Shown here piece by piece: positions 36,331-48,897 of a stretch of 58,135 nucleotides of DNA. The notes below the pieces were generated by a model. The model was not told the DNA's origin and did not search any database. It saw only the letters and a program-made list of their open reading frames with translations. The DNA is taken from positions 38,456,375-38,514,509 of the forward strand of contig NC_068993.1 in the NCBI RefSeq assembly GCF_001194135.2, given 5' to 3'. Origin of the DNA: Octopus bimaculoides. Lineage: Eukaryota. How positions within the stretch are numbered: the first letter of the stretch is position 1; each line of letters starts with the position of its first letter. The position numbers and the translations under genes were made by a program.

Positions 36331-38015
36331 GCGAGAGACAGAAAGAGTGAATGAGAGAGAAGGAGAGGTGGAGGGAGGGAGGGAGAGAAAACAATAGAAA
36401 CAAAGTTGGCAAGTCTGAACTGAACAACATTGATAGCTTTTGTCACAAAGATGTTCAACTTTTCAACAACGACAACAACAACGAACCGATTTCAAAATTA
36501 TTTCACCCACATCCTCACCTTTCCCCCCACCCACCACCCTCCTCTCCTTTCCTCTCCTCTTCTTCTTCACTTTATTATTGGACTTCCTCCTCCACCCCTT
36601 CTGCCAACCCACCACTCACCCACCTACATGGGCATCACCGCCGCCACCACCATGGTCACTGATACCAAGTTTTTACCATTCAAAAATTAAAAAAAAAAGA
36701 ACACCAAAAAAAAAACAACAAAAAGGTGCCAATGCAATATCAACATACGATGCCCANNNNNNNNNNNNNNNNNNNNNNNNNNNNNNNNNNNGTGGTGGAT
36801 ATAATTAAAAAAAAACAAAAAACAAAAAACAAAAAATTTTTTCGAAGTAGTCTTTTCAGCGAAGAGGCATGTTGTATAGTTTCGCTATCAATTGAGTTAA
36901 ATGCCAGGGAAAAGAATACTTTTATTCTGGTATAGTGTTTTGCCAATCTACTGTGCCATAGATGCGAAGATCTGTAAGAAATTGCGGCGAAGTTCTTGCT
37001 TAATTTCCTTCAATTCTATTCCTTCTTTCTTTCCTTCTTTCTTTCATTCATTACATCCTTTCTTTCTTTCTGTCTTTCTTTTCTTTTCTTTCCTTGCTTC
37101 TCTGCATTTGTTTTTGTTTTTTATTTATTTATTTATTTTCCATTTTATCATCATTATCATCATCATCATTATTATTATCATTATTATTATTATTATATTG
37201 TTGTTGTTGTCATTATTTTTTTTTTTATAATACGTTTTTATTTATAAAATTTATTTTATTTCGTTTATTATATCATTTATTTATTTATTTATTTATTTAT
37301 TTCGCTCTTTGTCGAGAAATGATGTGTATAAAAGATAAAATGAAATCTTCGTTAATATAACTGAACTAACGAGAAAGAAGATTGAAATGGCCACTCTCTC
37401 TCTCTTCCTCTCTCTCTATTACCCTCTTTCTCTATCACACTCTTTCTATCTATTTCTTCTCTCTCTTTTGTTCTCTAACACTTTCTTTCACTTATTCTTA
37501 ATTTCTATCTCATTCTTCCCCACTCTTTTGTCTCTCATTCTCTCTCTCTCTGTCAAACTCTTACTCTCCATTTATCACTTTTTCTCTATTCCTCTCCTAT
37601 TCCTCCAACCCTTCTAATTCTCTCTCTCTCACACTATCACTCTTTCTCTCTCTCTCTCTCGCTCTCATACACATACACACTTTAATCTTTCATTATCTCA
37701 CCCCTCTTCATCTCTCCCATTTTTCAGCACCAACCACAAACGTCACCCCCCCTCACATGCCACCTTGCCACCCCCTTTTCGTCTTGCTTTCTTCCACACC
37801 TTTAGACAAGACAAGACTGACGGCTTTTCCTATGTAGTCTCTGCACAAAAGATTCAATGGCCGCTTTTTACAACTTGATAGCTCTTCTTAGCACAATTTT
37901 CAGCCTCATATTGAAAACAACAACAACAATAACAACATCGTTAATAGCAACAACAACAACAACAACAACGGCAATAATAACAGCGATAACAGTACCAACA
38001 GCAATGTCAAAAATA

Positions 38016-38054
<39 letters not shown>

Positions 38055-38294
38055 TAGATATGTATATGTATGTATGCATGTATGTGTTTATATAGATGCA
38101 TAATATGAAAGAGAAGACAAAGAAAAAGAAGTTAAAACTCTAATATTGCCCTTATATAAAATGCTTTCTCTGACATGGGAATATGTGCACACACAAGCAT
38201 AAGCAGACGTAAACACTCTGAGATACACACACACACAGATGGACACACACACACACACACATAGATATATACTTATATACTTATAAATATGTGT

Positions 38295-38350
<56 letters not shown>

Positions 38351-40116
38351 GTATACACACACACACACACACACACACACATATCATACATGTTATTCTT
38401 TGTAATATATCATTTCAATCAGACAAAAATCTGAAGCTACTACGGTCTTTGACAAATTTTAATAACAGAATGATGATGATAATAATAATAATAATAATGG
38501 TAATGATAATAATGGTAATAATAATAATAATAATGATGATGATGATAGCAACAACTACAACAGCAATAATAATAATAAAAAAAACAAAACAAAAAATAAC
38601 TCTAGACAATTAATATTAAGGCAATCAAGAAATCAGACCAAATTATTAATACAGGGACTACAATGAGAAGCATAAAGGAAAAAAGAAGAGAAGAAATAAT
38701 ATAAGATGAAGAATAAAGAAAGGAAAAGAAAAAATGCGAAATCAAACGGAAGCATTTGGTCAGGCTTTTATGCGAATTTTACATATGTGTGTATATGAAC
38801 ATCCATTTGTAATTGAGTGGTTAGAGGTTTGATTCTGAAGCACAGCAGTAGTGTGCTGGATAAGTGGTTTTCTGGGATAGATTCGAGTGGATCAGAGGCT
38901 TTTGGGGGGAAATTTTAGAGATTAAATCAATTAGGGATCTCTCTCATGTGTGGCTGTGTGGTAAGAAGATTTGCTTCCCAATGACATGGTTCTGGGTTCA
39001 GTCCTACAGTGCGGAGTCTTCTTTCTTTCTTGCCGTTAACCCTCCAATGCAGAGTATAGGCTACTTATAATTGAATTCCATGTTGCATAATTTTTCGCTT
39101 CTGTACTTATACTCTGCCATGAATGTCCCCCTTTCTCTAGTTCCTTTTGTGTTGATCTACGCCACGAGTTCTTAGGCCTACCCCTCTTTCTATATCCTTC
39201 CGGATTCCACTGTGTGGAGACTTAGCCAAATTTTTTCTACTATAACCTTGGGTTGGTCAAAGCCTTGTGAATGAACTTGGTAGATGGGAAACTGAAAGAA
39301 GCTTGATATGTGTGTGTGTGTGTGATCATCATCATCATCATCATCGTCATCGTCACTTAATATCCACTTTCCATGCTGGCATGGGTTAGATGGTTTGACT
39401 GAGGACTGGCAAGCCAGAAGGCTGTACCAGGCTCCAATCTGTGTGTGTGTGTGTGTGTGTATTATATATATATATATATTCATTTGTGTGTGTGTTTGTC
39501 CCCCATCACTGCTTGACAACCAGTGTTGATGTGTTTACGTCCCTGTGACTCAGCAGTTGAGCAGAAGGAGACTGATAGAATAAGTACAAGCCTTTAAGAA
39601 TAATAGATTCTGGGATCAATTCATTTGAATAAAATCCCTCCTGATGGTGCACCAAGCTAACACTGGTTGGGAACAAACACACACAGACATGTAGATACAC
39701 ATACAAACACTCACTCACACACACACACATACACACACATGACAGGCTCCTTTCAGTTACATACCAAATTCATTTACAAAGCTTTGGTTATAGAAGATGC
39801 TTGCCCAAGATGGTATACAGTGGGACTGAACCTGAGACCATGTGATTGGAAGCAAACTCCTTACACAGCCATGGCTCCACATATGTTATCTAGATCCAAT
39901 CCACTATGTAATGGATCTTGGAACATAATTTTCTTGACTAGGTATTTTTCTACCCACCATGTTCTACCTACCATGATTTTTGCCCACATCAGTCTGCTTT
40001 GTCAGTTTTAATTTAAATGTATATTTCCATGAATAAATGAATTAAAAAATAGAAGATGAACACCACAAGTGAATAAAAGAGAGAAATATTTAATTATGAA
40101 TTTATACTTTTAATCA

Positions 40117-40173
40117 CTACAAAAAATACACTGATGAGGTTTCTATTCTGAAACAGTCGTCTGCATGTTGTAG
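40117..40173 (+). ncRNA. Candidate type I (minimal) hammerhead ribozyme motif
   Basis: CTGATGA at 40131-37, a short stem II, GAAA at 40150-53, a 2-bp stem III (AC/GT) with an AGTC loop, and a GTC cleavage triplet at 40159-61. Stem I is ATACA/TGCAT (1 mismatch) plus CTACAA/TTGTAG. Folded by hand only. Confidence 0.55.
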
Positions 40174-40626
40174 AGAAAACTAAACAAAGTCTAAACAGTA
40201 ATAATTTTCAAACTTCATTGATGATATATAAGGGTGTTACAGAAAGATCAATGAATACAGTGAGGGGATGCTGGGGGAAGAGGTGACAGAGGGAGAGAAT
40301 GAGATATGAGCTTCACATTATATATGTTTAAAGGAATGTAATAAAATAAATCAAATAGATTGGTCTTGTTTTTCAGTAATTTAACCCCTAATAATCCCAT
40401 TTCCTGTCCCCTTTTTCCTCTCATTGCACTATTCATTGATGGAGCTCATTTACAGTATGGTTGTAGTTGTTGTTGTTGGCAGTGTAATGGTAATAGCAAT
40501 GTTAGTAGATGTGATGGCATGAGTGGTAGCGCAATATTATTAGTGATAGCTGTATTGGTAGTGGTGGTGGTGGTGATGGAGAGCAGCAGAAGCTCTTTAG
40601 AATCAATGCTTCTTTAAAGATGGTTT

Positions 40627-40667
<41 letters not shown>

Positions 40668-40691
40668 TTTTCTTTCTTTCTTCCTTCCATC

Positions 40692-40722
<31 letters not shown>

Positions 40723-42299
40723 TTCTTTCTTTTCTTTCTTCCTTCCATCCTTCCTTCCTTTCTTTCTTTCTTTCTTTCTTTTGATTTGTTTTTTGTTTCT
40801 ACCTTTCATTCTTTCCACATTTCCAAAATTATTCTAGAGTGGGTCAGATGTATGACTAGTTTATCTCTGAGAATGTTTTTTTCAAATGGCAGTGATAATA
40901 GTGCGACTAAGACAAAGTAGTTTATGGAAGCAACAGTTAAATTGCAAAAGGTTGTTCAGTATTTTATACCATGGACCCTTTTAGGGGGCATATTCCTTAT
41001 ATCAAGCCCTTACCAAAAACCAACTCTCTCAGAAACTCCCCGAGACCAATAACAGATGTATGCTAACAAACTGCCCTGTTTATGACATTAAGATGTCTAT
41101 ATGCATATGTACCATATAAAGAAAAATTTGATTAAAGCGAAGATGACTACATCACCATCATAATCCAAAAGCTCCCATCATCTGCCCCATCTTAAGGATG
41201 CACATTAATAAATAATTAATAGTGATAGCAATGACAGAGGATTATCTGCCAGCAATATAAACATGAGTGCCTACATGCACCTCAAGTCCATATGAAAGCT
41301 TCTCTCATGGTAACTATTGCAGTATTTTGTGTTCTAACACAACAACCACTTCTAAGTGGAGATGAATATTGCGTTAATGAATGCTACAACTGTAAAGTAG
41401 GAATATTCATTTTAGTTTGTGACTGGAATATTGGTAACTTGAGAATTGAAGCAGCTATTCTCATTAAATAGCATAAACAAGAATCAACAACAGAACTTAA
41501 ATGAATGGTATGAATTGGATTTTCTAACTGCTTTGCTTCACCTACATTTTACTTACCTTCTCTCACCTTTCTAACATTTCTCACACACATCCACCCCATC
41601 ACAGCAACATATTGCAGCACATCCACTGAAGATTGTTGCTTGAATTAGCTTTGTATATCCTACCTCATTTGAAAAATGATATTCTCAAAACATTTTATCT
41701 GTTGACTAACCTTATCTTAATGTTCAATGACCTTTCACAACACCTTTTGAGACATTCACACTAATTTATTATGCCAGGTTACCTATTAATGCTACATTTG
41801 CCACAATATACTAACTGCTGTTACTGTTATTACTTAACTACTTATACAGTTGACAGATGGCACACAAGTTAATTCAAGCAACACTCTTCTTCACAACACA
41901 CTTGAAACTAGAATTGCTAGCTAATAACACATTTCTCTGAAATCTTTAAGTATTTTTCTTTCTGCTATTTGAAAAGGGGAATTTTTTCCGAAATTGTGTA
42001 GGATCATTAACCCCAATAATCTTATTACCTGCCTCACACTTTTACTGTCATTGCATAAGTCCCTGATGGATCTCATTTACAATGTAGCTATACAGGTTGT
42101 TGGTGTTGTAATTGTTGTAGTGTTGTGGTTGCAAAGGTGGTAATAACAATAGTTGAAACAGTAGTTAAACATCTTATGTAAGGTAAAAGAATAGCTTTTC
42201 TCTTTGTTTTCATTCACTGACATTATCTTACATATTTCAATTAACTGTTTACTCACTGCATTATAGAAAGGCTTTCTCCTTACCCATCTCCCCCTCTTG

Positions 42300-42760
42300 C
42301 TCTGCTTGCTTCTGTTGTCTTGGCTTCTACTTCACTGCTACACACATATCTCTCTCTTCCTCCTCATTCCACTTCCTCCCTCTACCATCCTCTCTGCTCA
42401 CGTGTGACCTGTGGTCAACTCTCTTTTCACTCCAGCCACTATGAAGGCGAGACGAACTGCTAGCATTCTACATCAGATTTGCGTTTGGCCGTACAGCTTT
42501 TTATTGTTGTTTTCACTGTCCATTTTTTCCTGTCTTGGTTTGTGTTTGCCACCTTGGAATCCTCTGTTTAGTGGGTCGATCCAGTACTCAGGAAGAGACT
42601 ATTCTAGAGTACTTCTGCCTTATCTTCGAAACGTCTAGTTAGAATAGAGGCAGCTGACGAAGGATTAATTCCAAGTGGCTATCTGTTTTCCTATGTGTTC
42701 GTTCCGTTGTCTGTAGTTCATTTTTCTAACATACTGTACCCTGATATGCATCTATATACA
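42300..42760 (+). mobile_element. Probable Penelope-like element terminal (pLTR) remnant with decayed hammerhead-like motifs
   Basis: It contains GGAAGAG...CTTCGAAACGTC (42591-42635) and CTGACGA-A-GGA-TTAAT-TCC (42654-42672), followed by a T-rich stretch ending at a TA/TG microsatellite. No ORF supports the call. Confidence 0.4.
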
Positions 42761-42874
42761 CATGTAGATGTAAGTATGTACATATATGTGGGTATACATG
42801 CATACATATTCTTTGTATTATATATATATATATATATGTACACACACATATATGTGTACACACATATAAATGCT

Positions 42875-42916
<42 letters not shown>

Positions 42917-42922
<6 letters not shown>

Positions 42923-43600
42923 CATTAAAAATGAAATATCCAATTTTGAACTGAAAGTTTATTTTACTTTATCTCAACAAAAAGCAATGCAGTTAATCAA
43001 AGTATACACCTAAATTATCAACACAATTTTGCCATTTTATCAGTAGTTTATTTATCCTGGGAGTGAAGAATTCTAGAGAACAAGACGTGATGAAATCACG
43101 AAAGGCTATTTTTGTATCTTCTTCAGATATGAATTTTTTTCTTTGCAAAAAGTTGTCTAATGCCTGGAAAATGCGACAGTTGGTGCAAGGTCTTGTGAAT
43201 AAGGTGGATGACAGAGAATTTCCAAGTTCAGTTCCTGTGACTTGAGTAGCATTCTTTGTGCAACATGTGGTTGAGCATTGTCTTGCAAGAGAATTGGCCT
43301 GTCTCTATTGACCAATCTCAGTTGTTTAATTGCAACTTCACTCATCATTTCATCCAGTTGGTTGATGTATACATCCACTGTAATTGACTTACCAGGTCTC
43401 ATGAAGCTGTAGTGGATGACACCAACGCTGGACCACCAAACAGACACCATTAGCTTTTTTTGGTGAATATTCTTTTTTGGATTGTATTTGGGCACTTTGT
43501 CTCTATCCAACCACAATGCAGAATGCTTGCTATTGTTGAAAAGAATCCATTTTTCATCACAAGTAACAATACAATGCAAAAATGGTTTGCTTTTATGCTA
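42917..43600 (-). mobile_element. Partial mariner (DD34D) transposase with one terminus
   Basis: Minus-strand ORF 43157-43579 reads CIVTCDEKWILF...KKLMVSVWW...LLQDNAQPH...HPPYSQDLAPT. The putative end TA|TCACGTCATTAAAAATG sits in a (TA)n run at about 42915, and no 5' half is visible. Confidence 0.85.
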
Positions 43601-43724
43601 CGACAGCAAAGAACAGCAAGTTTCCCCTCACCTACCACCCCTCCAGCACACCATTCTCTGAGCCTTCTGGCAACTCCAGTCTGACTCCTCCACTTTTCAC
43701 ATCTTCCCTAACCCACCCCAGCAA

Positions 43725-45000
43725 AGTATACCAGCTTCATTTCTTTCAAGCCTACGCATGTTCTTGGCTGTCATAGCCCATGTTTCACTGCCATGCAGCA
43801 TAGCTGTTCACACACAGGCATCAAACAATCTGCCTTTCACTCTGAGAGAGAGGCCCTATTTTGCCAGTAGAGGTAGGATTCTCTGAACTTTACCCAGCCT
43901 ATTCTTATTCTCAGTTTCACTCTCGGAGCATCCACGGTCACCTAGATAACGGAAGCTGTCTACTACCTCTAGCTTGCCCCCTGGCAGTTGATGGAATCTA
44001 TTTTCTGCACATTTTCAGCATTATTTGTACTTATGCACCTTCCACATTCAAAAGTTACTTTCCTTGTTAAATTTCCTCTGATGTTGCTGCACCTTTTATA
44101 TATCCAAAGCTTACAAGGGAGCATCTAATGGAGTTTCTACCTAGATCTATTCTACAGATTGAGCAGGGCCATCTACCTAAAGGGATTTTTGATTTGTCTA
44201 CCTTCTTACTTACTATGACTGGTTTTTGCTAGGTTAACATGAAGGCCCTTTGATTCTAGACCTTGCTTCTATGCCAGGAACTTCTTCTCTAGTTCAGGTA
44301 GTGATTCAGCTATAAGAGCAAGGTCATCAGCATAGAGGAGCTCCCAGGGGCAGCCTGTCTTGAATTCCCCTGTTATTGACTGGAGGATTATGATGAACAA
44401 GAGGGGACTGAGCACCGATCATTGATGAACCCCTACTTGTACCCTGAATTCTTTGCTCAACCTCACCTTACTGGTAGCGTCCCTGTACAAAACTTGTACA
44501 GCTCTCATCAACCACTCATTTATTCCTCGTTTCTGCATTGACCACCAGATAAGGGTTTGGGGGGACCCTGTCAAAAACTTTCTCCAAGTCAACAAAAGCA
44601 AAGTACAGAGGTTTATGTTTGGCTAGGTATTTCTCCTGCAATTTGCCTTACCAGCTATGTTCTGAGTTCAAATTCCGCCAAGCTCAATTTTGCCTTTCAT
44701 CCTTTTGGGGTTGATTAAATTAGTACCAGTTATGCACTGGGGTCAATTAAATAAGTACCAGTTACGCACTAAGGTTGATATAATCGACTTAATCCATTTG
44801 TCTGTCCTTGTTTGTCCCCTCTGTGTGTAGCCTCTTGTGAGCAGTAAAGAAATAAGAAATATAGCATCAGTGGTGCTTCTACCAGGCACAAAGCCAAACT
44901 GCATCTCATCTAGACAAACTCTCTCCTGAATTAATTGGGCTATAACTCTCTCCATAACTTTCATCACCTTACCTAACAATTTGATACCTCTGTAACTATT
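43725..45000 (-). mobile_element. RTE-clade LINE reverse transcriptase region, decayed and interrupted by a SINE
   Basis: The minus strand gives SYRGIKLLGKVMKVMERVIAQLIQERVCLDEMQFGFVPGRSTTDAIFL / VRQLQEKYLAKHKPLYFAFVDLEKVFDRVP...VQVGVHQGSVLSP...WELLYADDLALIAES...EVVDSFRYLGD...GLSLRVKGRLFDACV...LHGSETWAMT, with stops and frameshifts. Confidence 0.93.
44655..44854 (+). mobile_element. 5'-truncated family-A SINE inserted in the RTE RT domain
   Basis: TTCTGAGTTCAAATTCCGCC...GTAAAGAAATA. The RTE frame rejoins exactly when it is removed. Confidence 0.88.
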
Positions 45001-45543
45001 CCTATCAAAATGCATAATGCAAAATAAATAAATAAATCCATAAATAAATAAATCCATAAATAAATAAATAAATAAATAAATAACAAATGTATGAACACAA
45101 TAGAAAACTAATGTAAAACCAAGTCAGTTACGTTAAAATGCAATTGTTATGAAACATTTGGTAACATAAGTTCTTGGTTATATGTTTTTTTCTAAAAAAA
45201 ATGATATTTAAATGACTTTATAACAATTGAATTAAAACATAATTGGCAATAAAAAAAAGAAAACAACATGTTGTAGACAAAAAACGAGTTTGGATCATTG
45301 TGTTTGACTAACGAGGTTCACTAACACCTGTCAAGGTTGTGCTTAACACTGACTTGAACTCAATAACTGCTCCCTTTCTCTGTTGGTTTTCTATTGGATA
45401 ATAGTTTCCTTTGAAGTTTTCTTTGTCTTCTTGAATCTCATTATACACACACACACACACGCACACAAAGACACACACACATAGGTACATACATACACAC
45501 ACACACACACATATATATATACATAGATAGATACATACATACG

Positions 45544-45583
<40 letters not shown>

Positions 45584-45649
45584 GCATATATATATATACA
45601 CACATATATATACATATACATATATATAAATATATATATATACATATAC

Positions 45650-45693
<44 letters not shown>

Positions 45694-45721
45694 CATATGT
45701 ATATATACATACACATTTACA

Positions 45722-46123
45722 TATATATATACTCTTTTACTCTTACTCTTTTACCTGTCTCAGTCATTTGACTGCGGCCATGCTGGAGCACCGCCTTTAG
45801 TCGAGCAAATCGATCCCGGGACTTATTCTTTGTAAGCCTAGTACTTATTCTATCGGTCACTTTTTGCCGAACCGCTAACTTACGGGGACATGAACACACC
45901 AGCATCGGTTGTCAAGCAAAGCTAGGGGGACAAACACAAACACACACCCACACACACATATATATATATACATACATACGACGGGCTTCTTTCAGTTTCC
46001 GTCTACCTTTGGTTGGCCCGAGGCTATAGTAGAAGACATTTGCCCAAGATGCCACGCAGTGGGACTGAACCCGGAACCATGTGGTTGGTAAGCAAGCTAC
46101 TTACCACACAGCCACTCCTGCGC
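45722..46123 (-). mobile_element. tRNA-derived SINE (family B), near full length
   Basis: The minus-strand head is GGCGCAGGAGTGGCTGTGTGGTAAGTAGCTTGC...GGGTTCAGTCCC, with an internal microsatellite and an (AAGAGT)-type tail. Other copies lie at 13205-13533, 39190-39305, 39485-39650, 39730-39878, 47300-47500 and 48938-49092. Confidence 0.85.
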
Positions 46124-47507
46124 CTACATATATATATTGATGGGCATATTTTTATCGACTCAGGAGGCTGAAAAATCAGCCAACCTTGATGGGGTTTTGA
46201 ACACTGTGTGCAGAAAGTTAGAGAATATATTCTTTACCACTCTAGCCACANNNNNNNNNNNNNNNNNNNNNNNNNNNNNNNNNNNNNNNNNNNNNNNNNN
46301 NNNNNNNNNNNNNNNNNNNNNNNNNNNNNNNNNNNNNNNNNNNNNNNNNNNNNNNNNNNNAGAACGTAAAGACAGACGAAATACCGCCAAGCATTTTGCA
46401 CGGTCTGCTAACGTTTCTGCTATCTTGTTGCCTTTAATATTCTTTTCTACTCTGGGCAAAAGGCCTGAAATTTTGGGGAAGGGGTCCAGTCAATTAGATC
46501 GACACCAGTACGCAACTGGTACTTAATTTATCGACCCTGAAAGGACGTGTATGTGTGTGTGTGTGTGCGTGCGTGTGTGTGTGTGTGTGCGCATGTGTGT
46601 TTGTGTGTTCAGATAGGCTGGTATGTGTGTGTGGTTGTGTGTGTGTGCATGTGTATGTGTATATGTGTTTATCTGTGTGTGTATACATGTCTGTGTATGA
46701 ATATGTGTTTATATATGTGCATGTGTCTGCATGCATGTGCCAGTGTGTCTGTGTATGCACATGTGTGTGTATGTGCTTGCAAGTGTGTGTGTAGGTGTGT
46801 TAGTGTATGTATGTGCATTCGTACATGTGTGTGTTTGTGTATGCATGTGTATTTATGTGTGTATGAGTGTGTGTGTGTGTGTGCGTGCATGTGTATGTGT
46901 GTGTTTATGTGTGTTTGTGTATACATTCATGTATGTTCATGCCATGTGTGTATTGATATCACAAAGGAAGTTATGTACAGGAAACATAACTTTCACCAAA
47001 CACAGAAGACAAGCTGTCTACCAAACCAACAGAAAATGCTAACAATACCAACATATGGGATCATAATAAAAGAAAGAGGAATATATTTGGTAACTTATCA
47101 TCAACTGAAAATGCATATTAACACAAGCAAAAGAAAGCATAAATCCATGAAACTGCCATAAAATTTTTTTCTTCTTTCTCTTATTGTATTTTTTGCTTTA
47201 TATTTTATATTTTATTTCTATTTTTATTTTTTATGTTTTTATTTTATTTTTATTATCATATTAAAATAAAATTCCATTGTGTCTGTTACAGTTTCTTTTA
47301 TTCTTTTATTTGTTCCAGTCATTTGACTGTGGCCATGCTGGAGCACTGCCTTTTAGTCGAATAAATCGATCCCCAGAACTTATTCTTTGTAAGCCTAGTA
47401 CTAATTCTATTGGTCAATTTTGGCAAACTGCTAAGTCACGAGGATATAAACGCAACAACATCAAGTGATGGTGGTGGGGACAAACACAGACACACAAACA
47501 TATACAT

Positions 47508-47546
<39 letters not shown>

Positions 47547-47698
47547 ATTGAGTTTTTTACCTGTAATTTTGGATTTTGTCCCTAATATTATTATTATATA
47601 TATATATNNNNNNNNNNNNNNNNNNNNNNNNNNNNNNNNNNNNNNNNNNNNNNNNNNNNNNNNNNNNNNNNNNNNNNNNNNNNNNNNNNNNNNNNNNN

Positions 47699-48897
47699 GG
47701 GTTTGGCAAAATAATGGAAACACCTAGTATCATAGCATCATAATTTTGAAATATTTATAAAACCATCAAAACCTTGTATATTTTTATGGTTTTTGAAAAA
47801 GTTAATTAAAATTCATTAAAATGACAGATCTATTGAACTTTCAACGAGGTCAAATTGTTGGTGCTCATATGGCAGGTGCTAACATAATGAAAACAGCTGA
47901 AATGTTTGGTGTATCAAAAAGTACTGTCTTGAAAGTAATGACAGCCTTTGAGAAAGAGGTAAAAACCTCCTCATCGAAACAAAACTCCTGAAGAAAGCCA
48001 AAACTTTCAGATAGGGACCGTCGGAATCTTACGTGAATTGTTAGAAAGGATCACAAAAGTACAGCTCCCAAAATTACTGAAGAGCCTAATAACCACCTCG
48101 AGAACCCAGTTTCCATAAAAACTGTTCGCTGGGAGCTGCACTTCACAGGATGGCTGCAATTAGAAAACCACTTCTTTCAAAAATAAATGTTACAAAGCAT
48201 TTAGAGTGGAGTAAAAACCTACAGAATTGGTCCCTAGATGAGTTGAAGAATGTTATTTTTTCAGACGAGTCATCCTTTAACTTTATTTCCGACCACTGGC
48301 CGAGTATACGTGTGGAGACAGCCAAAAGAAGCATTTGACCCAGACTGCTTTCTTCCAACTGTTAAACATGGAAGAGGATCTGTGATGATCTGGGCGAGGA
48401 TGTCTATATCTTGGAAATCTGCTGGCCCAATGGTTTCCCTTCATGGCAGAATTAATAGTCAAGACTATTTAAGCATTTTATCTGATGAAATTCATCCTAT
48501 GGTTGTGGAACTGTTTCCGGAGGGAAACGTAATCCTTCAGGATGATAATGCACCAATTCCCACAGCTAAAGTTGTTACTGAATGGCACGAAGAACATTCT
48601 AGTGAAATTGAACATCTTACCTGGCCACCACAGTCCTCAGATTTGAATATTATTGAACATTTATGATGCATTTTAGAAAAATAAGTAAGGAGTCGATATC
48701 CTCCACCATCATCACTACAAGAACTGGAAACTGTTGTAGCTGAAGAATGGACAAAAATTCCTTTGGATACAATTCAAACTTTGTACGAGTCCATAACTCG
48801 TAGAATTCAAGCTGTAATTACTGTCAAAGGCGGTCCTACCTTATATTAATATACATTTTTTGAAATTTCAAGGTGTTTCCATTATTTTGTCCAATCC

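Larger units (their letters stand above)
1590..47698. other. Multiple assembly gaps (N runs), almost all bounded by (TA)n, (CT)n or (CAT)n
   Basis: Examples: 1590-1868, 2810-3478, 4357-5088, 8025-8834, 10608-10915, 16912-17540. These gaps generate the X-rich ORFs. Confidence 0.98.

Noticed and set aside
36881-36895. GTTGTATAGTT matching the 3' half of let-7
   Set aside because: The seed region and the hairpin are absent.
45308-45445. Minus-strand peptide [43 protein letters not shown]
   Set aside because: It looks protein-like but has no acceptor, no partner exon and no recognisable homology.
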